A stretch of 58,681 nucleotides of DNA, filler included, from Vermamoeba vermiformis (taxonomy: Eukaryota): the NCBI GenBank assembly GCA_045837725.1. It is 6 parts of 6 records of this genome, joined end to end, with 100 filler letters (N's around TTAATTAATTAA, not from the genome) between each part and the next. Parts side by side here need not be neighbours in the genome. Positions count along the whole stretch, not along the records: positions 5,420 to 15,641 come from JBEWZL010000285.1; positions 15,742 to 21,201 come from JBEWZL010000288.1; positions 21,302 to 26,153 come from JBEWZL010000290.1; 3 more parts are not named here. One strand, written 5' to 3'. A program made the translations under genes and the position numbers. The notes under the pieces were generated by a model. The model searched no databases. It saw nothing but the letters and a program-made list of their open reading frames with translations, and was not told the origin of the DNA. Positions 10,001 to 21,688 of this stretch are shown one piece after another; position 1 is the first letter of the stretch, and each line of letters opens with the position of its first letter.

Positions 10001-13000
10001 TAGGTTGGTAAGGGTCACGGCGACCCTTGACATGAACGGACGAGATCGAGATCCTGGCTCCTGATCAAATTGTTGGTGCACATCGATTTGAGCTAAAAGT
10101 AAGTAGAACGCGTTATTTACACATGCTATAACTTACTGATATCATTTTTAATTCAAGTAAGAGCAGGTTAGCTTTTTTTACGGCTGCCAAACCCGCGATC
10201 TGAAGCGAACAATTGTGTAGATTGAAGACAAGTTCTCGACCCGTAAGTAATATCAGATGATTATACTATATATTGACTAATATACTATTACAGTGGATTG
10301 GCCAAAGTAGATGAAATGACGAAGAAATGCGATCCGCAACATGAGCGGATTCGAGATCCGAATATCAGCGTAAAGATAAATAGGTAAGTAAATTTACGAG
10401 TTAATAATCAATATAATCAATTACTGACTCCTTGATATTGTCAGAATTAATGCGTGATTGCGTTTACGCTGATCCACGCGGGGCCCCTCGTTGATCCCCC
10501 AATTTCGGCAATTAATGCGCGCATCGATCGCGCTAAAAGTAAGTCAATTCGATCTATATTTATATTAATTACGTTTTAACATTGTTTATTTGTTCGTAAA
10601 AGGGTCTGAAGAAAAAATTGGCAAATTCGACTACGCGATCTGGCGCGTTATCATTACCGCTCTTGCAGAATGAATGAGTCTAGGTAAGTATTAAAACGTT
10701 TAACGCACCACCTCTAACACGGCTACAGGTTGGTAAGGGTGACCCTTGAAGTAAATGGATGAGATCGAGATCCGCCTTTTCTCGATCCGTCAAATTCCGA
10801 GTTTAACAACGTAAGTATGAATAGTAATTATTTTATTATCACTTAATTTGTTATTCGTTTGCCCAGTTATTGACTCTATCAATGCAGGGACCCTTGCTGC
10901 ACCCCGCGCTAAAATTCAAGATCGAACGCGTGGTAACTTAAGAAAGCGCATCGATTGCGCCAAAAGTAAGTAGACCTTATTTAATACATCATTTGTAACG
11001 TACTGATATCGTTTTTATTAGCGCGAGTCATAGTGATTTCACGGATCGTGTGCGTGATCTGACAGCTCAATTCTTCTCGTTATTCGAACGTGAGAGGACG
11101 TAAGTAGCATAAATCGATTAAACAATATCGTTACTAATATAATTTATGTATAGCTAGAATAAATTAGTCCGTAGAGGCGAAGAGAACGATCCGCAACTTG
11201 AGCGGATTCACCAACTAACTTTCAGCGTTGTTGGTAAAAAAGTAAGTTAATTTACCCTTTAAACTTAATACAAACACTTAATAACTCCTTTTAGAGTTGT
11301 CGTGATTGCTTTCGTCACGATCCCCGCGGGGCCCCCTTTTGATCCCCGAGTTTAGGCAATTTTGCGCGCATCGATCGCGCTAAAGGTAAGCAAAATATGA
11401 TTAAATCTAATATTATATAGTATTGTAATCCGAATTATTTAATTAGGACTTAAGCGAATTGATTCTCAGATCGTTCGTGCCATCAAGAACACGAGAATCA
11501 GTGCATCGATTGCGTTTTGGTAAGTACAACGCGTTTATTACTATAATTACAACGTACTAATACCAGTTTTATGCAGGTATTAGTAGTCATTGCCTCAAAC
11601 CGATGTGTGGCACGCGCGATCTGGCACGTAGCGAATATTAAAACAATCACGTAAGTACACCCAATTATTAATTATCATTTTATAATATTTCGTGCAGTTA
11701 TTTACTTTATTTACGCAGGGACCTTGCTGCACCGCGTATTAGATTCAGATCAAACGTTCGAGTTCAACGATCCAGAGGATAGCAATTGCCCAATTAATAT
11801 AGAATTGTAATTTAATTTAATGTAATAATAAATGTAATAATTGTTTGTTTCAAACAATCGACCGAAAATCTGATCTACATTCTCACCCGATCAGGTCAAT
11901 AGAACGACCACAACAGGTCGTATTATTTTAATATGTAAACAAACGTTGATACAACATCAACAACAAATTGGAGCCATCGCAGCGGCATATTTTGTTATTA
12001 ATGCTGGATCCAACGTCAAATCAATCCACGTAATTAATTAAGTTTGGTAAGTTAAAATATTATTATTAATATCTTTGTCAATTTGGGCAATGTTTCAATA
12101 TTATTTTACCCAATAGAATAAGTTTAAATTAGTTTTATATTATTTCGTCGGATCGAGCTTCGAGCTTGATCAATTTACAAATTATGAGTATTATGATATT
12201 GTATATTATATATTATTACTAAATTTACCTTTCTTGTAGATGAAGGCTTGATCCGGTCGTCGCGCAATTTTTGGATCAACTTTAAAAGATCAAGTTAATG
12301 TGCGGTAAGAGAACATGACAACGGTAATCAGTATTTTATAATTTAAATAATTTTTGTTAGTAACAATACACAGCGCTTAAGTCAAGAAGATCGATCAGCA
12401 CGTCAGGATCACCGCTCCTAGAAACAAGACGAGCAGAGGTAAGTGAATTCAAATGCAGCGTATATTAAATATATTTATTGATTATTACTATTCAGTTTAA
12501 TGCGCCTCGATCGCTGATTGGTCAATTCGTCTGGAACACGATCCGTCCGTTACACGAGACTAGGCGATGCTTTGCCCAACTGTAAGTATTAAATAATTAA
12601 TAACTGCTACGTATACTAACGAAGTAGTGTTACGATTAGGGCCAGTGGTATTGCTGGTGGTAGATCCACACCACCCGTTATAGAGATCTCGCTTGTGCTT
12701 GGCGATGGAACGAAACCGCTGCGTGTCAAGGATAAAATCATGTAAGTACTATTGTTATTTGTTAAATTAATTGGTTACTCGTCAATAATAGTCGAGTTTT
12801 CCAGATCGAGCCGCGTTCGTAAATTCAGCTATAAATATTTGTTTTGTTGTTTTTTTCATTATTCGCTCACCTTCTGTACAGAGTACAACAACATTGCTCT
12901 GTCTGCATTAGATCGATTGTTTAGCAGTCAACGTCCGCTACGCTCTCAGTATGGCTCTGAACGTAAGTAGCAAACGTTAATAATAAAGACGAAAATATTC

Positions 13001-13100
13001 TAATCGCTTTATTTAGTACGCTAATCATATTGACACAACTCTCGCATATCCTATGCCGATCTACTCGCGCATATCCAGGCCAAATGCAGAAACGCGAAGG
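7100..13100 (+). ncRNA. Putative highly spliced, structured long non-coding RNA (about 30 canonical introns, ~70-105-nt hairpin-bearing exons)
   Basis: GTAAG/GTACG donors, branch-like CTAAY and YAG acceptors recur at ~143-nt spacing. The exons spliced by hand give stops in all frames, and paralogous exons differ by non-multiples of 3. Transcription is inferred, not shown; boundaries are approximate. Confidence 0.6.
7433..8107 (+). repeat. Tandem array of five two-hairpin units (A: TCGACC-ACAAG-GGTCGA; B: CGCGC-C-ACGGC-loop-GCCGT-TYCA-GCGCG) separated by AT-rich spacers
   Basis: A stems at 7438, 7581, 7733, 7907, 8019; B stems at 7512, 7637, 7797, 7963, 8074. Stems are preserved despite sequence changes. 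Confidence 0.9.
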
Positions 13101-13183
13101 TAGGTTGTTTTAACAAGATGATAATTATATAGGATTTAGGGCTGGGGCTAGGATTTTTGTTAACAAAAAAAAAAATCACCATG

Positions 13184-14287
13184 CATACACTTTGGTGTAC
13201 GCCCCCTCGCACCCCCGTACGGCACGCTGTACGCCCCCTCGAACCCCCATACGGCACGCTGTACACCCTCTCGAACCCCCGTACGGCACGCTGTACACCC
13301 CCTCGCACCCCCATACACTTTGGTGTCCACCCCTGTACGGCACGCTGTACGCCCCCTCGAACCCCTGTACACCACGCTGTATGCCCCCTTGCATCCCATA
13401 CAGCACACTGTACACCCCTGTACACCCCCCGTACAGCACGCTGTACGCCCTCTCGAAACCCCGTACAGCACGCTGTACACCCTCTCGAACCCCCATACAC
13501 TTTGGTGTACACCCCTGTACGGCAAGCTGTACGCCCCCTTGCACCCCCGTACAGCACACTGTACGCCCCCTTGCACCCATACACTTTGGTGTACACCCCC
13601 GTACAGCACGCTGTACACCCCATCACACCCCCAGTATGGCATGCTGTACACCCTCTCGCACCCATACACTTTGGAGTACACCCCCATACAGCATGCTGTA
13701 CACCCCTTTGCACCCCTGTACAGCATGCTGTACACGCCTTCACACCCCTGTACGGCACGCTGTACACCCATCGCACCCCCGTACAGCACGCTGTACACCC
13801 CTTTGCAATAGCGTACACTTCAGTGTACACCCCTTCGCACCAGCGTACACTTTGGTGTACGCCCCCTTGCCCCCATACACTTTGGTGTACACCCCGTCGC
13901 ACCCCCGTACAGCATGCTGTGCACCCCCCTTTGCACCCCCGTACGGCACACCGTATGCCCCCTCACACCCCGTACGGCACACTGTACACCCCCTCGCACC
14001 CCCTGTACGGCACACTGTACACCCCCTGGCATCCATACACTTCAATGTACACCCCTTCGCACCAGTGTACACTTCAGAGTATGCCCCCTTGCACCCATAC
14101 ACTTTGGTGTACTCTCACTTGGTGCCATACACTTTGGTGTATGCTTGCTTGATGCCGTACACTGTTGCGTATGCTTGCTTGATACTGTGCACTTTGGCCT
14201 ACACCCTGTTGCACCCCTGTACAGCACGCTGTACACCCCCTCGCACCCCTGTACGGCATGCTGTATGCCCCATTGCACCTGTACAGC
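13184..14287. repeat. C-rich minisatellite of ~30-32-bp units (CGCACCCCCGTACGGCACGCTGTACRCCCCCT interspersed with CCCATACACTTTGGTGTAC variants)
   Basis: Directly visible tandem repeat; each unit has an internal inverted repeat; many CG to TG/CA variants. Confidence 0.95.
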
Positions 14288-14559
14288 CTTTTTATCCAAG
14301 GGTAGCCCTTGGGGTAAAAAAACGGCTGGAGTGCTTTTTTAAATATGTTTTTATTTGCAGCCAACAACCCTGGCTGCTGGGTTAGAGTGGCCAACTGGTC
14401 ACAGGGACAGAAAGTAACCAGCTGGTCACAAGACTGATGTCAAGTGTTGTGCTGCACAGCACCAGTGCAACAATGTGTGTACACGGATTGCTCACGTGCA
14501 TGTGGAGCACGTGATCAGCACAGCAAGCAGAGTAATTCATGGCAGATAGGCAAGGGCTG

Positions 14560-15460
14560 TGTGTTCGGCGCTCGAATTCGCAGGCGAGACTCGATGCACT
14601 GACATGCTTGACGAGCAGCTTGTCGCAGTGTGCACAGTGGTGTGTGGCCTGTCATGAGTGCCATGTGGTGTCAATGCGCTGTTGTGCACGGCAATGCGCC
14701 GGGCAATGCTGACTGGAGCTAGGTCAGTGCTGGTACTAGAATATACACATCAATCGACGCACCTGGCTATGTCTCCCTTGCAGAGCTGGAAAATGCGCGC
14801 TAGTTCTACTTCGTCGCTCTGCAGCGCTGTGTACATAGTGGCATCAAAGTGATGATATGGGACTTGACATGCAATGAAACACTGCACGCAACTGGTCAGA
14901 TTCGTTGGATTGAAGTTAAGAACAACCTGACTTACCTCCCGCAGGTTGCTTGCTAGCCGGCAGTCCTATCGAAGCTCTCGGAACGTGTGGCGCTTAAAAG
15001 GCGGCCAGTAGCACTACGTAAACAAATAAAAATTAGATGCCGCGCATCTAAAAATTACAGATTTAAAATTCTCTTACTTACTAAACGCAGCGTACTTGTT
15101 GGCTACCACCCGAAAAGGGTGCGCCTTTGAATTAAGTCGCAGAAACACGTAAGTCCCTACCCAGCAGTGAGCTCGAAGAACGCGTGGCTTGTGACCGATC
15201 GCATCTGCTGAAAAATCTAAAAAATCAGAACTAATCCAATATCAATTCTGCCCCAAGTTATTAATGAAGGAAAACTCACCTCAGTGCACTACGCACTGTA
15301 CGAGTACAAGTTACGAGCATGAGTTAGTGCAAAAGACAGCCGATCGTGCAACGGTAAACTTGGCCGTGGCCGTTGCTGGTGCGTTGTTGTCATTACAAGA
15401 AAATAAATAACTAGAAAATTAATTGCAGGACCATTGTGGTTGTGGTGGTCTTGGTGTTCA
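14560..15460 (-). other. Spliced minus-strand transcription unit or decayed gene, product unclear
   Basis: Plus-strand CTTAC/CTCAC donor complements at ~14931, 15074 and 15275 with matching acceptors; no convincing protein reconstructed. Confidence 0.3.
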
Positions 15461-16175
15461 TGCGAATTAACGAAAACGGTCGTGTGTGAATTATCGTGCC
15501 AGGATTTATCCCAGCACAAAAACAATTTTTGGCAGCACGTGCCTCTCAACGCACGTCGGTTTTCGCTGTCGACGCACGTCGGCTTTCACGGCATTGACTA
15601 AATTGGAAGTGACCGTTACGCACATGCGAGTGTAACAACTTNNNNNNNNNNNNNNNNNNNNNNNNNNNNNNNNNNNNNNNNNNNNTTAATTAATTAANNN
15701 NNNNNNNNNNNNNNNNNNNNNNNNNNNNNNNNNNNNNNNNNTAACCTGACATCTTGTCGTGATGACGGAGAACATCTGGCTGGATCATTGGCGTAGCGAC
15801 TCTAAATCGATCAGCTTCCTGCTTTTGAAGACGATGTTTAACAACATAAAAAACTAGTATTAATTGTTGACAATGTATCAAATCCTGATTGAATACTAGT
15901 AGATAGATCAGCTGGCTGTACCTTTTCTAGGAGTCGGATGCTTTAATACAAGAAATTTGATATCTTCGAAGTCAAACGTGGGCGCGGTGCTAATGAGCTT
16001 GTATTTTCGTTTTTGCTTAGATTTCAAGTGACTCAAGTCTCACAATTAGACGCGAAAAATTGAAAAACGAAATCAACCTTATTTATAGCACTAACATGAC
16101 CACAATTTCATTCACTTTTAAATGATATTTTAAACAACGGTAACAAAGCACTGTCTTGTAAATCCAAAAACGGTT

Positions 16176-18338
16176 ATGCGATCAACAGGTGCGTGCACAC
16201 TTTTTATAAATTAAATTCTATCTGTATTTCCGTTTTCTAACCACCGAATCCAGGATTTTTTGAAATTTTGTTGTTTTATTTTTTCGTGTCCGAAGTAGCA
16301 GCCGATCTGTTGCCAATAGGTAAGTGTCAACAAATTTTATGGAATTTATTATAATACTTTATTATAATAATTAATATTTAAGCTTAATTTATGTGTTTAG
16401 TGGGTGCGCAATCCAACTGTTCCGGAAACGGTCAATACGATGCAACGAAAGGTCTATGTCAGTGCAATTGGCCGTATTCAGGACGAATTTGTCAATATGA
16501 AAAAGCAAAGCCGAATTGCTTGGTACGAAGAACCGAATCCGGATCATTCAAACGTATCTTACAAATAATTTAGGTGGGCTATGATTGCTACAATTGCGAA
16601 GATTACAGTTGTCCTAAATATGGACGAGGATATTTCTTAAAAAATGTTTGGGCTTGCGACGGGACATCCACGACTTACGACTCTGAGAGCCATAAAGACG
16701 TCCCCGTGAAGCTCCATAATAACTGCCGTAATATTACATCGCTATGCTATGAAGAATATGAATGCGAATGTCCTTCTGGCATTGCTTTCCTTGGCTCTGT
16801 TTGTTTCAGAGACGATCTGATCCACAATTTTGGTTTCTTCATGCTTATTATGGCAGCTCTTACAGTATTTAGCACTATATTCGAGTTTGGAACGCATTAT
16901 TTGGAACACGTAAGTCAATCGAATCAAATAGTGACAAAAACTGGATCTAGCTGATGAAATTTCTTAGCGTTTGGAGGATCATAATCAAAAAGCGATAGTG
17001 GGCATTATTCAAACATTTAAATCTGAATTAACTCTGATTGGAATTATAAGCTTGACTCTATACCTCGTTAGCAGTTCGACCAGTACGTAACGGATCCGCT
17101 TTCTTTGAGAATTATTCCAATTGCCAGATAATATATCTAATGCCATTTAATAGCATTTGAGCATGGTATTGAAGCAATTGGAGGCAAAGAAGATATTATT
17201 GAAGCAATTCACTTCTTGATCTTCTTCATGGTGCTCGGCTACTTCTTCACGCTCGCCATCTGTTTCATCGGCACCAAGATATTTTTAGCACGAAGACTTC
17301 GTAAATACGAAGAAGTATTCCAAGGTATGCTATAATCACTTATCTATTGGTCAGATCCGCTCTTACTAAGCAAAATAATTATCAGCTGCTCGTGAGGCGG
17401 CACTGAAAGGCGAGAATTATGAAGGCACTAAACGAGACCTTATTATTCAAAATAATCTAACAGGATTTTTGTAAGTAGCAACTTAAATTAACACATGACA
17501 TTTATTTTATTAATTTTATTTTTGTAGCGCAAAGCTGCATTTCAGAGAGTATAATGCTTATAGAATATATTTCATGAGAACCTTGAAGAACGAGTATAGC
17601 GAAGAAGACCTAATGTTCTTCAGATTCGACAATTATTTGATGCTATGTGTGAACGATCTGATCGGCCGAATCTCTGGTGGCACTTGGTTAGCTTGGATCT
17701 ACTTCGCTTGGAATTTCTTCGCGAACGTATATCTAGATAATAGTTGGATGCCTTATGTATCTCGAGTTCTCGTCACATTTTCTATCGCTTTTGCTGGTGC
17801 GGTCAATGAAGGCGCAAGAGATGGAATTTTAAGACGGCTTGAAAAGCAGAATGAAGGGGTAAATTAGTTATATTTGTCGAATAATGTAATAATGATTATT
17901 TTTTTATAGACACAAAGTGAAGAAAATAATGATGAAGAAATGATGCCGATCGCATCCACTGACACCGAAAGACACACTACGCAATCCAAATCTAAAGTGT
18001 CACCTATTATCTTATTTAATCAATCTATGATATGGTTTGGCTTGACGTACGCATTTACTTCAGCAATTGCATTGACAATCAAACCTTACGAATGGTACTG
18101 GCTGCTAATTTTTCTAGTAATTATGTTTATAATTTATGCCGTTTACGTATTCCACTCGTTACAAACGATTGCTGGAGCCATATACAACGGACCGTTGATC
18201 AACAAGCAGTACGTCAAGGAAGTCATGAAACGACATCCACAAGTTGACAAACATATTTTGATCGAACAGTACCGTCATGATCATAACGACGAATTGCCTA
18301 TTATTAATGACGTTGTTGTTAGTATGTCCGCCAAATAA
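16176..18338 (+). CDS. MLO-family multi-pass membrane protein with signal peptide and N-terminal EGF-like/Cys-rich extracellular domain
   Basis: Spliced N-terminus MRSTGFFEILLFYFFVSEVAA; EGF-like CSGNGQYDATKGLCQCNWPYSGRICQ. MLO-like motifs: FEFGTHYLEH, KSELTLIGIISLTL, EAIHFLIFFMVL, EYNAYRIYFM and FRFDNYL...LIGRIS..W. Confidence 0.8.
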
Positions 18339-18444
18339 AACTGTGGACTACAGGTCTAAATTAATTTGAACTTTTTTTATAAATTTAAAAACCGTACGCT
18401 ATCGGATGAATCAAATATTTATATACCTACAATATAACACTAAT

Positions 18445-20966
18445 TTAATTTGCATTTTTTCTCTTCTTAATGTCTTTTAATCGTTCTGCAGCGGATTTAG
18501 CGTCAGGATTGATCTCCAAAACGAGATTCAAATATCGTTCTGCGGCTTCTAAATCACCTTTCGCTGCATATACATCAGCGATATCTCTAAAATAAGTGTA
18601 GCGATAGATTTCAAAGCCAGCGTATCCACCAGCTTTGTTAAGTGCATCGAACTGCGCTAACGCCTCGTTGTATTTTCCTACAAATACAATGCGGTTAATA
18701 GGGGAATATTAATATGTACGGTTCCATAATGAGAAAAATACTAACCTTCTTTAAGATTAATAATTGCAAGTGGATAGGCCCGATCGATCTCGTTTAGCAC
18801 TTCGGCTATTTGTTTCGCTTCAATTAAATTACCACTACGCGCCAGTATTGTTGCCTTATGTATAATAGTATTGAGAACTTCTTGATCGTTTCTTTCTTGG
18901 GCAAGTTTGATTGATTTGTCAGCGGATCTTGGAGCTTCGTCCATTCTATTCTATGGATTCAAAATTTGTTAACCAAGACTGATTATACTATGAATAGTAT
19001 GCCTTACTAAACTTGAAAGAAATGAGGCCTCATACATGAACAATACGTGGTTTTTAGGTTCGCGTTTGATCGCGGCCTGAACGAAAGCCAGTCCGTCCTC
19101 ATAACGCTCTCTAAAATCATATCATTAGTAAAAACTATATAATAGTGCTAATACGTACTCTACGTCGAAAATAATGCAAGCAGCAGCTGGATTTTCAGCG
19201 TTCATTAAAAAGTAATCACGAGCAGCCAAAAATTCTTCTCTGTACTTCTTTAGAGACGCACAAAGAGCAGCTTTAAGCATAATATAATAAGTATGCTTTT
19301 CCAATTCTAGCGCCTGGTTAACAGCCTCTAAAGCCTTTTCTTCTTGGTTCAGATCGCCTTCAAAAAAATATTTAATTATTTAATTACTTGAAATATTATT
19401 GAATTGGCCTTACGATAATGCATTGCAAGTCTATAATGAGCGCTGTGCAATTTTGGGTTTAATTTAATGCTTTGTAAAAGCATCGGAATTCCCTCTTTTG
19501 CCGGCAACAGATTGCCTAAATTGAACCAAGCTGAAGCAAGTGTCGGAGCGAGTTCAATGGCCTTTCTATAACACTTTTCAGCCTCTTGAACGCGCTTTTG
19601 AGCGATATTAATGCTACCGAGGACACTCCAAGCAGTGCCATTGTTCGGCGATTCTTCGAGCCAAAGGCGAGCGACTTTCTCGGCAGAATGGATATCTTTC
19701 TACATATATATATTAAGGCAATTAATAAAAAATAATTGGAGTTACAACCGCGAAAAGAGTTTTGGATCTTGATCGGCTTTGTTGTACATAACAAATACGT
19801 ACTTTACTAAGTAGTTGAGTGGAAATTTGTGCAAGAGTACTTTCGATGCCTGGTAAAATAGGTCTATCAGCCGCTACGGCCTTTTTAAGGCTTTCCATTC
19901 CTGCATCTACGTTGTTGTCTTGCAGGATCTGTTTCGTTGCATATTCACACCATAATAGCGTGTCTTTGTCTGAATCTGGACATTCGATAGCCTTTTTGAG
20001 AAATACCTCTTCTAAAAAAGATGTTAGAACGTCATGTAACCAAAATCAAATTTTGATCCGAATCCGCATTAGACTTACTTGTTGGATGTAGCTTCCATAG
20101 CAACGTCCATGGTCGACTTTTATTAGAGTCTAAATCTATAGCTCGTTTAAGATATTGCTTCGCCTCATTGGACAAACCATAATCAAGCAACACTTCTGCT
20201 TGCTTCATTGTTACAATGTAGTTGTTAGGAAACGCTTTAAAAGCCTTATCGAAGAACGTAGTGCACATATTATCATATGATCCACGCGAACTTAATAGTC
20301 CTAAAATGCGTTCCCAGCTTTCACGAAAAACAAAGGATTCGGGATCAAGTTTTTTAACGGTCGCGATAAAATCATCATCCCAAGCTGCCTTATTTAACGA
20401 GACTTGCAATGGCACTATATATAACCAATATGAGTAATTATGAGCTATAATAAACACTTGCTGCTTACGTTTCCACGTCAATGCTGCTAGAAATAGATCC
20501 GACGTTTTGCTCCTTTCAAGGGCTTCAGAAGCATATTCAAGCGCCTTATCAGTCTCGTTTCGATCAATTTTAATTTGAATTTGCCTAAAGAAGTCCTCTA
20601 TTTTCAACGACAAAATTGATCAGAATGTTGACGAAATTCGTGTGGATTCGACCCCCTTACCAACATCTTCTTCGCGGCTGCTATTATTTGGTATATCCTT
20701 CAATGATCCTCCAAATCGTCGCACGTGCAGGGAGGAGGCAGCTATAGCAAAAAACAATTTGATTAACTTTCGAATTACAAATTCAGAATACGTAAGCGTG
20801 TTGAATACATACCAGTACTATTTAATAAGAGGATATTGGTATTTTTCGATTTTTTTTGGACGAATTTAGTGCTGCTGGCAATAGATTTGCTAGCAAAAAA
20901 TCTATTAACGGCTGATCTTGAGCTCTGTCGAGCCACACACTGAAGTCGCCATAAATTTCGTAGCAT
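18445..20966 (-). CDS. TPR-repeat protein with predicted mitochondrial presequence; multi-exon
   Basis: Arg/Ser-rich acid-free N-terminus MLRNLWRLQCVARQSSRSAVNRFFASK. TPR-like helices (AEVLLDYGLSNEAKQYLKRAIDLDS; IADVYAAKGDLEAAERYLNLVLEINP). Stop at 18445-18447. Confidence 0.8.
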
Positions 20967-21688
20967 GGTTTGATGCTTACATATGAGGGTGACTTGAAAA
21001 GACGCAATAGAAGTACTTTTGGGCCAGAAAAAACTAGGAACACGTGCTCAGCGTCATAATGAGCTCATTTCCTGCTCTTCATCTTAATATTTTCTTGACG
21101 TGAGACATTCGTTAGCTATTAGTGGTTATGTTCATGATTACTGATTTTAGAAAAAGAACGCTGTGTAGTTTTACGAAGTTCTACCGCAAGCTGAACGTTG
21201 CNNNNNNNNNNNNNNNNNNNNNNNNNNNNNNNNNNNNNNNNNNNNTTAATTAATTAANNNNNNNNNNNNNNNNNNNNNNNNNNNNNNNNNNNNNNNNNNN
21301 NTTAGGTCTCAGACTGACAGTTTTTCAAATTTATTAGGTGAATAGACCCGTTTTTCTTTTGTCACAATGTACTTGTATTAACAGTCAAATAAACAGCAAT
21401 TTAGTATACGCTATTTGATGGACATGTCCTTGATTTTCGTTAACAATAGCTTATTTGAATATACCGGCAAAGCTAAAGATATCTTAATGGATTTCGCCAT
21501 CGTGTTCCTATAACATCGAGACTCGATTTTGTGGTCGTGCACAACCCGAAAAAGGGCATTTGTCTGCAAGGACTAAAAATGAAAGCATCAGAGCACAAAA
21601 AAGATTTCATCTAGCGATCAAATTATCCTTCTTGCCCCATAATCAGAACCACAGCTCCCGTCGCTGGTCTTACCGCCACTTCTATTGC

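Noticed and set aside
9068-11515. GCATCGAT motifs resembling the conserved 5.8S rRNA sequence
   Set aside because: The following GAAGAAC and other rRNA context are absent; the motif is part of local palindromes.
8345-13100. Protein-coding gene with micro-exons or a non-standard genetic code
   Set aside because: Tested junctions stop in all frames, paralogous exon lengths break frame, and neighbouring genes use TAA/TAG/TGA as normal stops. Not every splice path was tested.
13051-14394. Many long overlapping ORFs on both strands (up to 397 aa)
   Set aside because: They arise from a stop-poor tandem repeat and are open in nearly every frame, with no protein-like features.
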